The position numbers and the translations under genes are program-made. A stretch of 63,941 nucleotides of DNA, the filler included, from Craspedostauros australis (Eukaryota), in the NCBI GenBank assembly GCA_030167865.1. It is 17 parts of 17 records of this genome, joined end to end, with 100 filler letters (N's around TTAATTAATTAA, not from the genome) between each part and the next. Parts side by side here need not be neighbours in the genome. Positions count along the whole stretch, not along the records: positions 31,577 to 45,210 come from JALAGF010002630.1; positions 45,311 to 47,275 come from JALAGF010002632.1; positions 47,376 to 48,588 come from JALAGF010002633.1; positions 48,689 to 49,838 come from JALAGF010002635.1; positions 49,939 to 51,690 come from JALAGF010002636.1; 12 more parts are not named here. The stretch is one strand, 5' to 3'. The notes beneath the pieces are model-generated. The model searched no databases, had not been told where the DNA came from, and saw only the letters and a list, made by a program, of their open reading frames with translations. Every line of letters begins with the position of its first letter. Within the stretch, counting starts at the first letter, position 1. This document shows positions 39,159 through 51,790 of this stretch, piece after piece.

Positions 39159-42100
39159 ATGCACATCAAGCAGATCACGATATCGAACTTCCGGTCGTTC
39201 AAGCGACAACTGGAGCTGCAGGAACCTTTCTCTCCAACGACCAACATCGTGATCGGATCCAATGGCCATGGCAAATCGAACCTCTTCGCCGCAGTCCAGT
39301 TCGTTTTGCTCAGTCCGCGATTCTACACCTTGGGTGCTGTAAGTCCCTCTCTCTATCCCTCTCTCTGTCTCTAGAGAAAGCATAGTGCTTCGTTCCTTCG
39401 TTGCTTTTGCTGCATTGCATGGATTGGACCGCGATGGTGCCACGAAGATGGAACGGGATATAAAACGCCCGCATCTGTGGTTCCACTCGCTGTACACTCC
39501 CGCACGCCTCTAACACATGCACCATACACCATACAACACCCGTACATTGCACTACTCTGCCACATTTTGATGCCTTGGACGGACAATCACAGAGAGAACG
39601 CAGAGCGCTGCTGCACGAAGGAACCGGATCGGCAGCCGTCAACGCCTTCGTGGAGATCGTCTTTGACAACTCCGACAACCGATTTGCGTTGGAGCATTCC
39701 GATGAAGTCGTGCTGCGACGCACCATCGGAAGCAAGAAGGATGAATTCTTCCTGCAACGCAAGCGCGCCACGAAGCAAGAGATCGCCAGCCTGCTGGAGG
39801 GAGCCGGCTTCTCCAAGTCCAACCCCTACTTCATGGTGGAGCAAGGTAAGATCCAGGACCTCTGCACGATGACCGATGCGGAACGACTCAATCTCCTCCA
39901 GCAGGTGGCGGGAACCACGGTGTACGACGAGAAGAAGAAGGAATCGCAAATCAAGATGAAGGAGAACGAGCAATCTATCGAGAAGATGGATGAGATCCTG
40001 TCCGATATCGACAAGCGCCTTCAGGAGCTTCAAGGAGAGACGGAGGAACTCCGGACCTACCAGCAGCTTGATCGCCAACGCAAGTCGCTGGAGTACACCC
40101 TGTACGAGAAGGAGCTGCGCAAGGCCCGGCACGCGTTGCTGCAGTTGGAGACGCAGCGGGAGGAACATGCCGGGCAGTACCAGGCTATGCACGAGGACCA
40201 TCGCCGCACGCAGGACCAAATCCAGGATGCCGAGAGCACGCTGCGGACGCAGGCGCAGCACCTCCGCCGCAATCGGTTGCAGCTTGGGCGCCTGGAGCAG
40301 GACAAGAAGGATGCAGTGAAGCATCGTGAACAGTGCAAATGGGACATGGAGGAGTACAGGGAGCGCGCCAAGGTCGGGGCGGAGGAGCTGGTCAAGTCCA
40401 AGGCCCAGCTCAAGGAGCTGAACGGTCAGATCGCAAAAGCGGAAGCCGATCAGGAGGAGCTGCTGCCAAGGTTCCGCGACGAGCGCAGCAAGCTGGACGG
40501 TTTGTTGCGTGAGATCGAGCAAGTGCAGCATCAGATGGATGCGATGTACGCCAAGCAAGGTCGCGTGAAGCAGTATTCCACCATCGAGGAACGCGATGCT
40601 GTCCTGCGACAGCAGATGTCGGAGATCGAAGGTCTCAAGGCCAACACCGCACAGATGGTGGATGAACAACGGACGGCGTTGGCCAACGTCCGTCGTGCTA
40701 TCCAGTCACAGCCTGCACAAGTCCAGATGCGCCAGGCTCAGATCAAGGACAGGCAGGATCAGCTGCACTCGCTGGGGAAGCAACTCAACGACAAGAAGAA
40801 AGAGCATGGCGGGCTCTTCGAACGACGCAAGACGCTGTGGCATGATTTGGAGAACGTGAAGGAGCAGATGAGCGACGCCAAGGAACAGCTCAACAGCGCA
40901 CGCGGCGATTTCTGGAAGACGATGCCCCGCAACACCGCGATGGGCATCAGCAACCTCGATCAGCTGGTGCGACGCGAAGGGCTGACTGTCGGCGTGCAGT
41001 ACTTCGGCATGCTCATGGACAACTTCGAGCTGAAGGACGACGAGTACCGCACGGCGGTAGAGGTGGCCGCGCAGAATGCGCTGTTCCACGTCATCGTGGA
41101 TACGGACGAGACCGCCGCTCGGTTGATGAGACGCCTCGAGGAGCACAAGCTGGGTCGCGTCACCTTCCTTCCTCTCAACCGTCTCCACACGGACACGCGC
41201 GGCACGACGCAGTACCCGCCTGAAGAGAACTGCCGCATCCTGCACGCCTGCATCACCTTCGACAACCGAGTGGAGCGGGCCATGCGGCACGTGTTTGACA
41301 AGAAGCTCCTGGCACGGACTTCCGAGGTTGCATCCGAATGGTCATCACGGTACCGCATGGATGCCATCACGATCGAGGGTGATCTGTGCAGTCGCAAGGG
41401 TGCGTTGACGGGCGGATACGTCGATGCGAACAAGAGCCGGTTGCGTGCTCACGATCGTCTGCGTCAGGAACGCAACGCGCATGATGGGTTGTTGCGACGC
41501 TTCCACAGCTTGAAGCAGGACAGCGAGAAGGTGGACCACGACGTGGCGAGGACGGCGGCAGAGGTGTCTCAGGTCGAACGTGAGCAGCTGAAGCTAGAAC
41601 GAGAACTGGCATCCATGCAGTCCTTGTTGGATCGTGCCCAAAGCCAGATGAATGAGAACGAGCGGGAGGCGGAGCGGCTGGAAACGGAGATCATTCCTCC
41701 GCTGGAACGTGACATGGCATCGTTTGAGGGTGACTTGGAACGTCTGCGCAAGGAGATTGGCACGGAGCTGGTCCGTGCACTGTCGGATGAGGAACGTACC
41801 ACCCTGCAACGTCTGAAGCAGGAATTCGCGGCCAAGACAAAGGCTGCGGAAAGTCAGAGCGGCGTCGTGGATGACATCACAGCCCGACGCCAGCAGCTCA
41901 GCAGTTTGCTGCAGGACAACCTGCTGAAAGCACGTCGCGAGCTCACAGAAACGCGTGTGGAGTCCGGAAACGGCCCAGGCGACCGCATCGAACGCATCGC
42001 ATCCGACGCAGCGCAAGAGCAGCTGGAATTTGATCTGCAGCTTCGAGAGGGACGGTACGACGATGCGGTGAAGCACGCGGATGAGTTGGAGAGCCAAATG

Positions 42101-43534
42101 AAGCAGATCCGTCAAACGGGCAGAGATATCCAGGCCAATCTTGATGCAACTCACCAGACGGTGGAGGATCTGAAGACCGCGGAGATGGATGTGGCGAAGA
42201 GAATCGAGGAGAAGTCGACGGAAGCCGAGGATCTGCTGAACAAGGTGTGTGATTTGGATATGCATGTGTGCATGTGCTTGTGCATGTGCGTGAGATTGTT
42301 CTTTGAGGTTGAATGGGAGTGATCACATTGCGCCTGCCATCACGGCCATCAGGCATGCTGGAGCATTCACCTGTGCATTTCCTTCCCTCACCATCTTCGT
42401 TCCGTTCTGTTCCTTTTCTTGCCGATCTGTCACATTCCAATCTGCTCTACTCTGCGCTACTCTACTCTACTCTGTTCTACCCTACTTGATTGCATTCCGG
42501 TGTATCGCTCTGCGCAGAAATCCATGAACGTCTCCAAGCGTGACACGTACGTGCGCAAGATCCAGGAGCTGGGGTCTCTGCCACCAACCAGCGAGCTGAA
42601 GGAGCACAAGAAGCAGTCCATTCCCAACCTCACCAAGGCCATCGAAGGTGTCAACAAGAACCTCAAGAAGTACTCACACGTCAACAAGAAGGCATTCGAC
42701 CAGTACGTCAACTTCAATGATAAGCGCAGCGAGCTGCTGAGACGCAAGCGCGAGCTGGATGAAGGTGCCACGAAGGTGGAGGAGCTGATCAGCAGCCTTG
42801 ACGACAAGAAGGATGCGGCGATCAACCGTATCTTCCGCAAGGTGAGCAAGAACTTCAGACAGGTCTTCAAGGAACTCGTGCCGTTGGGTGGTGGCAAGCT
42901 CATCATCAAGGCTGCCGCTATGGATGACGACGACGACGACAACGACGATGACGACAACGATGAGGATGAGGATGAGACCGACAAGGAAGCCCAGTCTGAT
43001 GTGTCTGACGAGGGTGCCGTCGCAAAACCACCAGCAGGCTCTCGAAATATCCCTGCAGACTCGTACAGAGGCATCGGCATCAAGGTGTGGTTCAGCGACT
43101 CGGGAGAGAACTTCATGATGTCACAATTGAGCGGCGGGCAGAAGGCGTTGGTGGCATTGGCTCTCATCTTTGCCATCCAGCGATGCGATCCTGCCCCTTT
43201 CTACATCTTCGACGAGCTTGATCAGGCATTGGATTCCACGTACCGACAGGCCGTCGCCAACCTCATCCACCGTCAGAGCGTGGACGAGGACAATCCAGCC
43301 CAGTTCATCATGAGCACGTTCCGTCCCGAGCTCGTCGCCGTGTCAGACAACTTTTACCGCATCGCTTTCCGCAACCGTGAGAGCAGAGTGGAGTCCACGA
43401 ACAAACCAGCCGCGTTGAAGTTCATCGCTGACGAGGAGAAGAAGCTGAGCAGTGGCGGTTCGGCTGCCGCGGAAGCCGTTGGGAGAGGTAGCGCAAGAGA
43501 CTCTCGCAAGCGCAAGTCGGTTGCTGTGGAGTGA
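39159..43534 (+). CDS. SMC3: Cohesin subunit SMC3 (~1282 aa); exons 39159-39338, 39593-42244 and 42518-43534
   Basis: MHIKQITISNFRSFK, Walker A GSNGHGKSN, RRTIGSKKDE acetylation site, hinge GRVTFLPLN..GALTGG, LSGGQKALVALALIFAIQRCDPAPFYIFDELDQALD. Confidence 0.95.
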
Positions 43535-44094
43535 ATACAGCAACACTGTTAGCTCATAGGAGCGCAAGTCGAGCATGATGAGTGATGCAGCAACTGCGGA
43601 AGCACAATCGGCCACCGCATAACCGGCTGCTCGGCTCATGCTGCGTATGGTAGTATCATTGGGAGCGTTGCCGGGGTGTCATCCGCAAATCCAGGATGTT
43701 CAAACGGAGTGGCAACTACAAGGACGTGCGCGCAGCAAGATTCGTCACAGCATGGATTGCTCTGCTCTATGCCCCAAAGAGAGTGATGGGATCTCTCAGT
43801 CATCGTTTCTCAAGCGTATTATATAGTAACATAATTCTATCATAATATATAATGTGATGTAATACATTGCCAAGTATTGCGCGACTCTCCAGAGTACTCC
43901 CTATGCACGACCTATTGAGTACTCCACTTGCGTGTCTCAAGTTTGTCACATTTTTGACATCAGGGTGAAACACTCCGACGGTGACCACAAGTAGAGTACA
44001 CGTACTCGAGTGTGGATGATGATACGGCACTCCATGGTACTTCGACACAAACCTCTTCATCCAGTTTCTGATGGCACGGAAACGAGTGGGTGCC

Positions 44095-45210
44095 TCAGGC
44101 GCCATCACTCTTGTTCATGCTCTTGCTATTCCTCTTGGCGGATCTGCGCAAGGCCTTTTCGATTCGCTGCCGCTCCTTGCGATCTCGGACCTTGCGTTCC
44201 TTGAACTTCTTCGCGAGATCATCAAATCCAATATCCATCAGGTGCATCTTTGCCAATCGTGCAGCCTTCGTGACAGGTCCGAGCATCTTGATGGCAGCGT
44301 CGTCAGGGATCTCCGTGCACTTCTCCAACGGACGACCCGTGATACGCTCTGCGGCATGCACGAGGTTGACGTCCGTCTCCGCAACCAAGCTGATGGCCCT
44401 GCCGCGCCGACCGGCTCGGGCTGTGCGTCCGACACGGTGCACGTAAGAGACAGTGTTCCTTGGGAGCTCGGAATTGATGACAAGATCAACGCACGGGATG
44501 TCCAGTCCACGAGATGCCACGTCCGTCGCGACGAGCACTCGGGCTTGCTGGGATTTGAACTTCCCCAGCGCTGCCAACCTGCGGTTCTGCGACAGAAGAG
44601 AATGCAACGCCACATTCTCCACCCCAACTTGAGACAGTATGCCCGATACCAACGCAGCTCGCTCGCACGTGGACACGAAGATGATCGCAGACCTTGATTT
44701 GCTTGGTCCTTGATCACCATCGCCATCGCTATCGCCGTTGTCGTCGTTGTCATTGCCACGATTATTGCTGGTTCTCGATCGTTTGCCAGACCACGCATTC
44801 TTTCCATTCGATGCCTTGGCACGTCCACCGTGAGACATCAATGCACGGATCGTGGCAAGAAGGTACGCATCGCGGACACGTGATGGCATGAACAGGTACT
44901 CCTGTTTGAGTCCAGCTGGGATCCTGGGAGTCGTCGCTGCCTCCATCGCGGTCTTGTCGTTGTTGTCCTTGTTGGTCTTGCTGTCTGTCTCGCTACCACC
45001 GTCACTGCTATTCTGCAGTTGACCTGCCTCCATCCCCTTTCCCTGCAAGGCCGATGGATCCGGATCCGAATCCGTGACCAGGAACTTGTGCAACGGCAAT
45101 CGACCTTGGCCTGTGCCCGCGATGGATTCCAGCATTTCCAGACTGCCCGTCATGGTGGCACTGAACAGCAAGGTTTGACACACGGTTCGCTTCTTGCGGT
45201 TGCAATGCAG
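44095..45210 (-). CDS. DEAD-box RNA helicase, C-terminal half, DBP8/DDX49-like, 5'-truncated
   Basis: QTLLFSAT, AIIFV, LHSLLSQNRRLAALGKFKS, ATDVASRGLDIP, YVHRVGRTARAGRRG. Confidence 0.9.
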   Translation of the reverse strand: MHCNRKKRTVCQTLLFSATMTGSLEMLESIAGTGQGRLPLHKFLVTDSDPDPSALQGKGMEAGQLQNSSDGGSETDSKTNKDNNDKTAMEAATTPRIPAGLKQEYLFMPSRVRDAYLLATIRALMSHGGRAKASNGKNAWSGKRSRTSNNRGNDNDDNGDSDGDGDQGPSKSRSAIIFVSTCERAALVSGILSQVGVENVALHSLLSQNRRLAALGKFKSQQARVLVATDVASRGLDIPCVDLVINSELPRNTVSYVHRVGRTARAGRRGRAISLVAETDVNLVHAAERITGRPLEKCTEIPDDAAIKMLGPVTKAARLAKMHLMDIGFDDLAKKFKERKVRDRKERQRIEKALRRSAKRNSKSMNKSDGA

Positions 45211-45310
45211 NNNNNNNNNNNNNNNNNNNNNNNNNNNNNNNNNNNNNNNNNNNNTTAATTAATTAANNNNNNNNNNNNNNNNNNNNNNNNNNNNNNNNNN
45301 NNNNNNNNNN

Positions 45311-47275
45311 TGCTGTTCGAGAGATGGTGTACGCGTCAACGTGACCTAACTTTTTATGAATTGTGTTGATGTCGACTGGTGCGTCGGTCGACACGCCAAC
45401 ATGAGCTTGGTCGTCGGCCTTGGCGTTGCTCACCATGTTCACTCCGCACACGAAACCGCTCTGGGTTGCCATGATGCGGTCGAAGCTGATGCGCACGCTG
45501 CCTTTCTTCAGACTGATCACGATGCCGCGGTTGCTAATGTCGAAACCATTCTCGAGAGCTTTGTTAATGCTCAGTAGGTTCACCCACAGCTTCGGCACGT
45601 ACTTCACTGACTTGAGCACAACAATGGATGTCTTTCCATTCTTCTGCATGACGGTCATGCGCTTGTCCCCGACCTTGGTTGCCTTGAGGAAGCGCCCGCT
45701 TCCGATCTTCACGTCCTGATCGGAGACGCGAACGTTGGTCATTCCTTCGTCGCTGTTGGTGAGATGGCACGATGCGCCCGAATCGCCCAACCAGGTGTTA
45801 CTCTCGTAGTTGTCCGGTGCGATGGAGGAGCGCCTTGCGCTCACGTTGTCCGTGTTGCCGATCATCATGGCTACTTTGTGTTGTTCATCATGCTCAGAGT
45901 AGAGCGGCAGCACCCAGAGCTCTGGCTTTGGATCTCGGACTCCGTTGTTGCTAGGATGATAGGTCCAAAGGATGGAGTTCATAGCATGAAGGGTCATGCA
46001 CGAAATTAGGTCGTTGGGGAAAGGTTGAAAGTGACGAGATTCCAAACTGTTGTTGATGTTGCACGGGTTGCGACACACACTCACTGTGGTCATCATCCCG
46101 ATCTCGTGCAGCTTGAAGTACACTGTCCGCGGATCGATCTGTAGAGTGCGGTCCCCAGTGTGGGTATCCACAGCATCGTAGCATAATAAGGCGAGCTCAC
46201 CTCGCACATTGTCAGCTGGGAGCACGTTGCTCAGCGATGCTCGAATCGCATTACGGAGAGAGCCAGCTCTTTCGAGTCTGGTACGGCGTTCTGCACGTTC
46301 TACTTCGTTGATTGGTACGTTGCCGCGTGGCTCGGTCGCGAGCTGGATGAAGAAGGGGACTTGGGGGCATTCCACGCACCAGGCGTAGAGTGGTCCTCGC
46401 TTGAGGCACAGAGGGCACCAGGCCGTGTTGGTGACGAGTCCTGTCGAGTTCCCGATCATGCGATCCACACGAGAGAGCTCTGGAGCGAAGTTGAATACTG
46501 GACGACGTGCCGTTCCTTCTCGGTTGGCATCGCCCATATCATCATCGGCATCTTCGGTGTCGGTGGCCCCTTCATTGGTGAGGCTTGCGTCGTAGTAGGA
46601 CTCATGTCCTGGGTTGGAATTGCTCATCTTGTTGTTGACGTTGTGTGGTCTCAAGGAAAGAATGGGAGATGTGTCAGTCTGTTCGACGATGGCTGCAAAG
46701 GCGACGTCCTCCATTACCTTGGAGTTGGCTTGGTAATTGCTGTCGTTGTCACGGATTTTCGCCTCGCCTGTGTTCGCAGACAACTTGGTCACATTTTCCG
46801 ATTCGTTTGTGTTTCCCGAGGTCGGCACACAAATTAATTCGTCTGTCATCACAAGAGCTACGTCGTTGTTTCCCTCCATCCCATCAGTCGCCACATTGGC
46901 CGAGTCTGCCTCTTTCATGGCTGCCTTCAGCTTGAAACACTGTAGGATCTTGTGTCCCTTCTTACCGCAGTACTTACACTCCCCATTGAACTTGGGCTTG
47001 CTGTTGTTGTCTCCTTGGCCACTCTTCTTGTTCTTGCCGTTGCCTTTCTTGGGGGCGGAGCGNCAGTCTGCCTTCTTGTGGCCGTAGGCGCCACAGTTGC
47101 GGCAGTGACCTTTGAAGCCTCCTACTGCAGCGAATGCAGTCTCTTCCCTGTTACTGTTGTTCTCACGTCTGTTGCCGCCGAGTTTGAGGTATCGGCCGTC
47201 GTAGGTGGCACTGACAGCCTCGCGGATGTCTTCGAGGGTCATGGTATCCTCCATACCGTCGAACTTGAGCTCCAA
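45311..47275 (-). mobile_element. Copia gag-protease fragment with two zinc knuckles and an extra domain
   Basis: CRNCGAYGHKKADx, CKYCGKKGHKILQC, WLGDSGASCH, VKYVPKLWVNLLSI, HKKLGH. Confidence 0.9.
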
Positions 47276-47375
47276 NNNNNNNNNNNNNNNNNNNNNNNNN
47301 NNNNNNNNNNNNNNNNNNNTTAATTAATTAANNNNNNNNNNNNNNNNNNNNNNNNNNNNNNNNNNNNNNNNNNNN

Positions 47376-48588
47376 GCGAGTTCTCCAGTATCGCGTGCCT
47401 GCCTGTGACCTGTCTGGCGTCACGTCATTCCTCATGAGCACTGCAACATACAAGGCAGGTCTAAGTCACATGGTACAGTATGGAGGTGTCAAATTTGACA
47501 ATGTCCCGGTGTTCGATCGCGGAAGCACAACCATCAAACAATTATTCGATATGTACTCCTCCACGACCAGCAACCCAGTGGGAAGGCCCGCGTTCACCCT
47601 CATGACGAACCTCCTCACACGCAAAAGCAAGATCAAGACGGGTCTTTCTTCCTTCGAGAGTTACTTCTGGATGGCAACACAGAAACTAAAACAGGCGATT
47701 TCGCGCCTAGTAGACCTGCTGAAGGCTAAGTATGATGCGGACGCGGAGGAGAAAAACGATGCCAATGACGAGAGCCACAATGACGACGAGCCGGATGACG
47801 TCATTGCGCAGCATGTGCGCACTGCTGATTCTCTCTTGCATGCACTCGAACTGCTTGTGGTGTTCGTTAAATGGGAATTCACCGCGTCGCACATGCAGCT
47901 TAAGTGCGACGATCCCATGCATTCGGCCGCGTTCGCTCTCACCACCGAAAAGGAGAAGAAGACAACAACCACATCAACCAACCAACGCAAACCACGCACC
48001 AACAAGCACAAGCGCAAGAAGAACACTCTCACAAATGACAATCCAACCATCACAATTGACATTCCTCCCACCACCTCAACCGAACAACCACGTAGAGTAT
48101 GCAACAGATGTGGCGCAGCAATGCGATTTGTGGATGATCGTTTTGTTCCTTTTGTCACAATGCTTAAGGACAACGAACTCAAAGAACACAAAGATGAATT
48201 GCAATCAATGCTTGCGGCGGCCCCGGGATTCGCCAATGAAATTGTTAACTACATGGCTCACAAAGTGCGTGCCAAAGTGCAATTCAGACAAATTGCCTTT
48301 TATCAATCCACGACGAACAACAATCCACAAAGAGCCCATGTGGTACTCGACCATAAGCAAAAAATTCTACCAACCGGCCAAGGCGAAGCCCAACAAGAAT
48401 ATTGGGGGAAGAAGGGGATGTCACTGCTTGGGGCGATGGTCATCACGTGCGAAAACGACATTTTTACTTATCGATTCATTGACATTGTGGTTGGTGGAAG
48501 ACCCACACAAGACACACTTCAAGTTGGTGGACTACTTGACATTGTGCAAAAAAAGGTCAAAGAAATTCTCCCATCCGTGACTGAAATT
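47376..48588 (+). mobile_element. Transposase-like ORF fragment, Sola3-like DDD family (tentative)
   Basis: VVLDHKQKILP..GEAQQEYWGKKGMSLLG..QD..V resembles the D-x-x-x-K-x-LP..E-x-Q..GKRG-x-S first-Asp block I associate with Sola3 transposases. A second copy lies at 25113-26242. Confidence 0.55.
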
Positions 48589-48688
48589 NNNNNNNNNNNN
48601 NNNNNNNNNNNNNNNNNNNNNNNNNNNNNNNNTTAATTAATTAANNNNNNNNNNNNNNNNNNNNNNNNNNNNNNNNNNNNNNNNNNNN

Positions 48689-49838
48689 ACGAATGCATCA
48701 TTGCAGCCCCGTGTGACATGCAACTGTGTATTGGATGATTGCATTACCCTTCACAGTCATCATCATCCGATCTACACTTGTCATTCGCCACTTGTCTCAT
48801 GGTACCATTCGCCCTGTCATGTACCTCACATTTTGGTGTTCACAATGTCATTGTGGGAGGTGCGGTAATACGGTGTTTCATGGCACTTGTCTTCTCACTC
48901 TTGGGAGGTGCGGCAATCATGCGTTTCATAACACCCGATTCCTGACACCCTTCCATTGCCGTTCCGACCATATCATCCACCATGTTCAGTCCAATGCCGA
49001 TCTGGGCTGAATGATACTCCCCTTGTGCCGATCGTAGATCTCCTTCTTTGTGTTCTTTGTGAACCCGTCAGAGATGTTGTCTTCTGACTTCACGAAACGA
49101 GCCCTTGCCTCTTTGTTCGCAATCAATTCTCTGATGAAGTGGTTGCGCACGTCAATGTGTCTTGTCCTCGCTGATGTCGATGGATTGGTTGCGATGAAGA
49201 TCGCTCCCACGTTATCGACCATCACGTCTGCAGGCCTCTGCATGTTTAATCCGATGTCCTCCATCAGTTGCGTCAGAAAGCGGATCTCCTTTCCGGCTTC
49301 TGACAATGCGACATACTCGGCCTCGGTCGAGCTCAATGTCACGCTGCGTTGTGCCTTCGATCTCTAGATGATAGGCACCCCTTGCAGTAGGACCAAATGT
49401 CCTCCAACGCTGATGCGGTTGTCCTTGTCCCCGGCAAATTCACTGTCGGTGTACACCACAATCTTCCATTCGTTGTTCCTCAGTGGATTGGGTTCCATCT
49501 TCAATCCGTAATCTCTCGTGTCCGACACGAACTTCATTACTCTCAGCATCTCCTTGTATGCTGCGGCCGTTGGTCCATCCAACACCTTCGTAAGCTCTCG
49601 GACTGCATTCGCGATGTCTGGTCTCGAATGCTTCACCAGGTATAGCAGCATACCCACTCCGCTGCGGTATCTGCTGTGTCGATCCTTATCGACTTTGGGT
49701 GCTTCACTGTTTCTTTGGATCCCTTGACCTGGTGTCCCTGGGGTTCCATATTTTTGAAGCTTCATCACGTCGCTCTTGAATGTGTCCGTGATATTCTTGA
49801 TGATGTGTGGCTGGTTCACCCAGCAGTTGGTTTCGTTC
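48689..49838 (-). mobile_element. Copia RT end, RNase H, PPT and start of the 3' LTR; decayed
   Basis: YRSGVGMLLYLVKHSRPDI, YTDSEFAGD, LSSTEAEY, VDNVGA, SDGFTKN. TAG at 49364-49366 replaces a conserved Trp. GGAAGGG|TGTCAG junction at about 48947. Confidence 0.9.
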
Positions 49839-49938
49839 NNNNNNNNNNNNNNNNNNNNNNNNNNNNNNNNNNNNNNNNNNNNTTAATTAATTAANNNNNN
49901 NNNNNNNNNNNNNNNNNNNNNNNNNNNNNNNNNNNNNN

Positions 49939-51690
49939 TGGGTCCACGATGGGGTGTATACCCGGGATCGTGTTGCCCGTGTGGGGTGTTCGGGCCCATG
50001 TTGCGTGGGTCATGTCTTCCGAAATCTCCATTGGGATCGGTTGGGCGGTACCCATACGCGGGTGGTCGTGGTGGATACCCGGGGTGAGGGTGTCCAACGG
50101 GGGTGAAGGCTCCTTGTGGCATTGGAAAACCTCCGGCTCCATGGGGAAAATGTCCCATGGGGATAGGGATTCCGATGGGCGGGAATCCTCCTGGGTGGGT
50201 TCCGTGGTACATCGGAAGCGGTGGACCATGGGGAAATTGGTTTCCCATGGTAGGGGGATGTCCATACGGGTTGCCGCCGTGGTGTCCATGGTTAATTGGA
50301 GGTCCATGGTTGTCACGATGCGGACGGTTTGTCCCATGGCTCGCGGGTTGGTTGCCGGCAGGGTTTCGGTTCACGGGTTCGTGCCCGTTGTTGCCTCGGT
50401 AGTTACCCACGCCGTGTGAGGCTGGTGTATCCGCAGTACCGTGGTAGGGATGCGGGTTCCGATTGTGGGGTGGACGGTTCCCATCGTTCTCTGGGTAGTT
50501 CGTTCGAGGTGCATTGGTACCTCCTGGGTCTCTGGCGGTCGTTTCGGGGGCGAAGGTTACTACCTTGGCGCCGGTTGGGTTGCGGTTGTAATCACCGATC
50601 GTCGCGGGGTCTACGTTGGGGAAGAGTCGGTTCCGTCCTGTGGGACCGCGGTTGTCGGGTACGTCTACGGTTTCGTCATTACCAGGGTGTTGGTCGTCGT
50701 CAGTGCCTGGTTCGGTGTCTTCGTTGGGTGGGGTGGTACCACGGGTATCGATGACTACTGGCGATGTGTTTGGTGATCCTTGCTTGGCGATGCTGGAAAG
50801 TTGGGTATCGTTCCGGAAGTCGGGTGGAGTACGGTTCGGGGTGTTCCCTCCAAGCATGAAGGAGAGCCCAGAAGGGGTTCCTCCTGGATGGCTGTCGTTG
50901 TCGCGTCCGGTTCTACGGGTAGATGTTTCTGATCCGGATGAGACGCTGGTCGCGGATGCATTGGAAAGTGCCTTCTTGTGTTCTCCGATGGCATCCAACC
51001 ACGCTTTGTGGTGGTGGCGTTTGCCGCATCGTTCGGAACGGCAGAAGTCTGCCATGGCTTTGGCGGTGGTGGCCGTGTCGACGAACATCGCGTCAAGGGT
51101 GGATTCGAGGGTGGATTCCTCTTCAACTTCGATGGATCTGACCCATTCTCCGATGTGGTAGATGAGGAGTCCTGTCTCGTAGTTCCTTGCTATGTCGTCC
51201 GGGTGCTTGAGGTTGAACATGACTAATGCCGGGTCCATGTCGGTGGCCTCTTCGTGGATGGTGATCAACAGTTGAGAGATGGTCTTCTCTTCTGCGAGGG
51301 TCTTGGGTGGGAAGAGATCAAAGATCATGGCGGTTTCGATGCTGATCCGAAACTCCTGTCCAAGTTCCGTGAACGCGTTCCAGGTAGTCTTGTGGACGTG
51401 GCGCACGATTTCGGTTTCGTTGGTTCTTTCCTTTCGGTTCCATGCGTCCACGATGATGGGGTGTCGGAAGGTGACTTCGATGAAGCTATCTCCGATGTCC
51501 TCGAAGGAGAGCGAAGATGGCCCGGCCGTTGGGTAGCCTGGCGTGCCATCAAGGATGGCAGAGAGGCTTGGGTCCTTCGGGTCCGCGGGAAGGGTCTCGA
51601 AGGCTTCGGTCCTGTCTCCTGGGCTCCTCTTGGGAGGTGGCCGGTTGGAGGCTTGGAGGCGTTGGGTGACGGTCATCTTGCAGAGGTCTA
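49939..51690 (-). CDS. Uncharacterised ORF with a P/G/H/N-rich tail, possibly the N-terminus of a retroelement gag
   Basis: Open for about 580 codons across the whole contig. I recognise no catalytic motif. Confidence 0.45.
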
Positions 51691-51790
51691 NNNNNNNNNN
51701 NNNNNNNNNNNNNNNNNNNNNNNNNNNNNNNNNNTTAATTAATTAANNNNNNNNNNNNNNNNNNNNNNNNNNNNNNNNNNNNNNNNNNNN

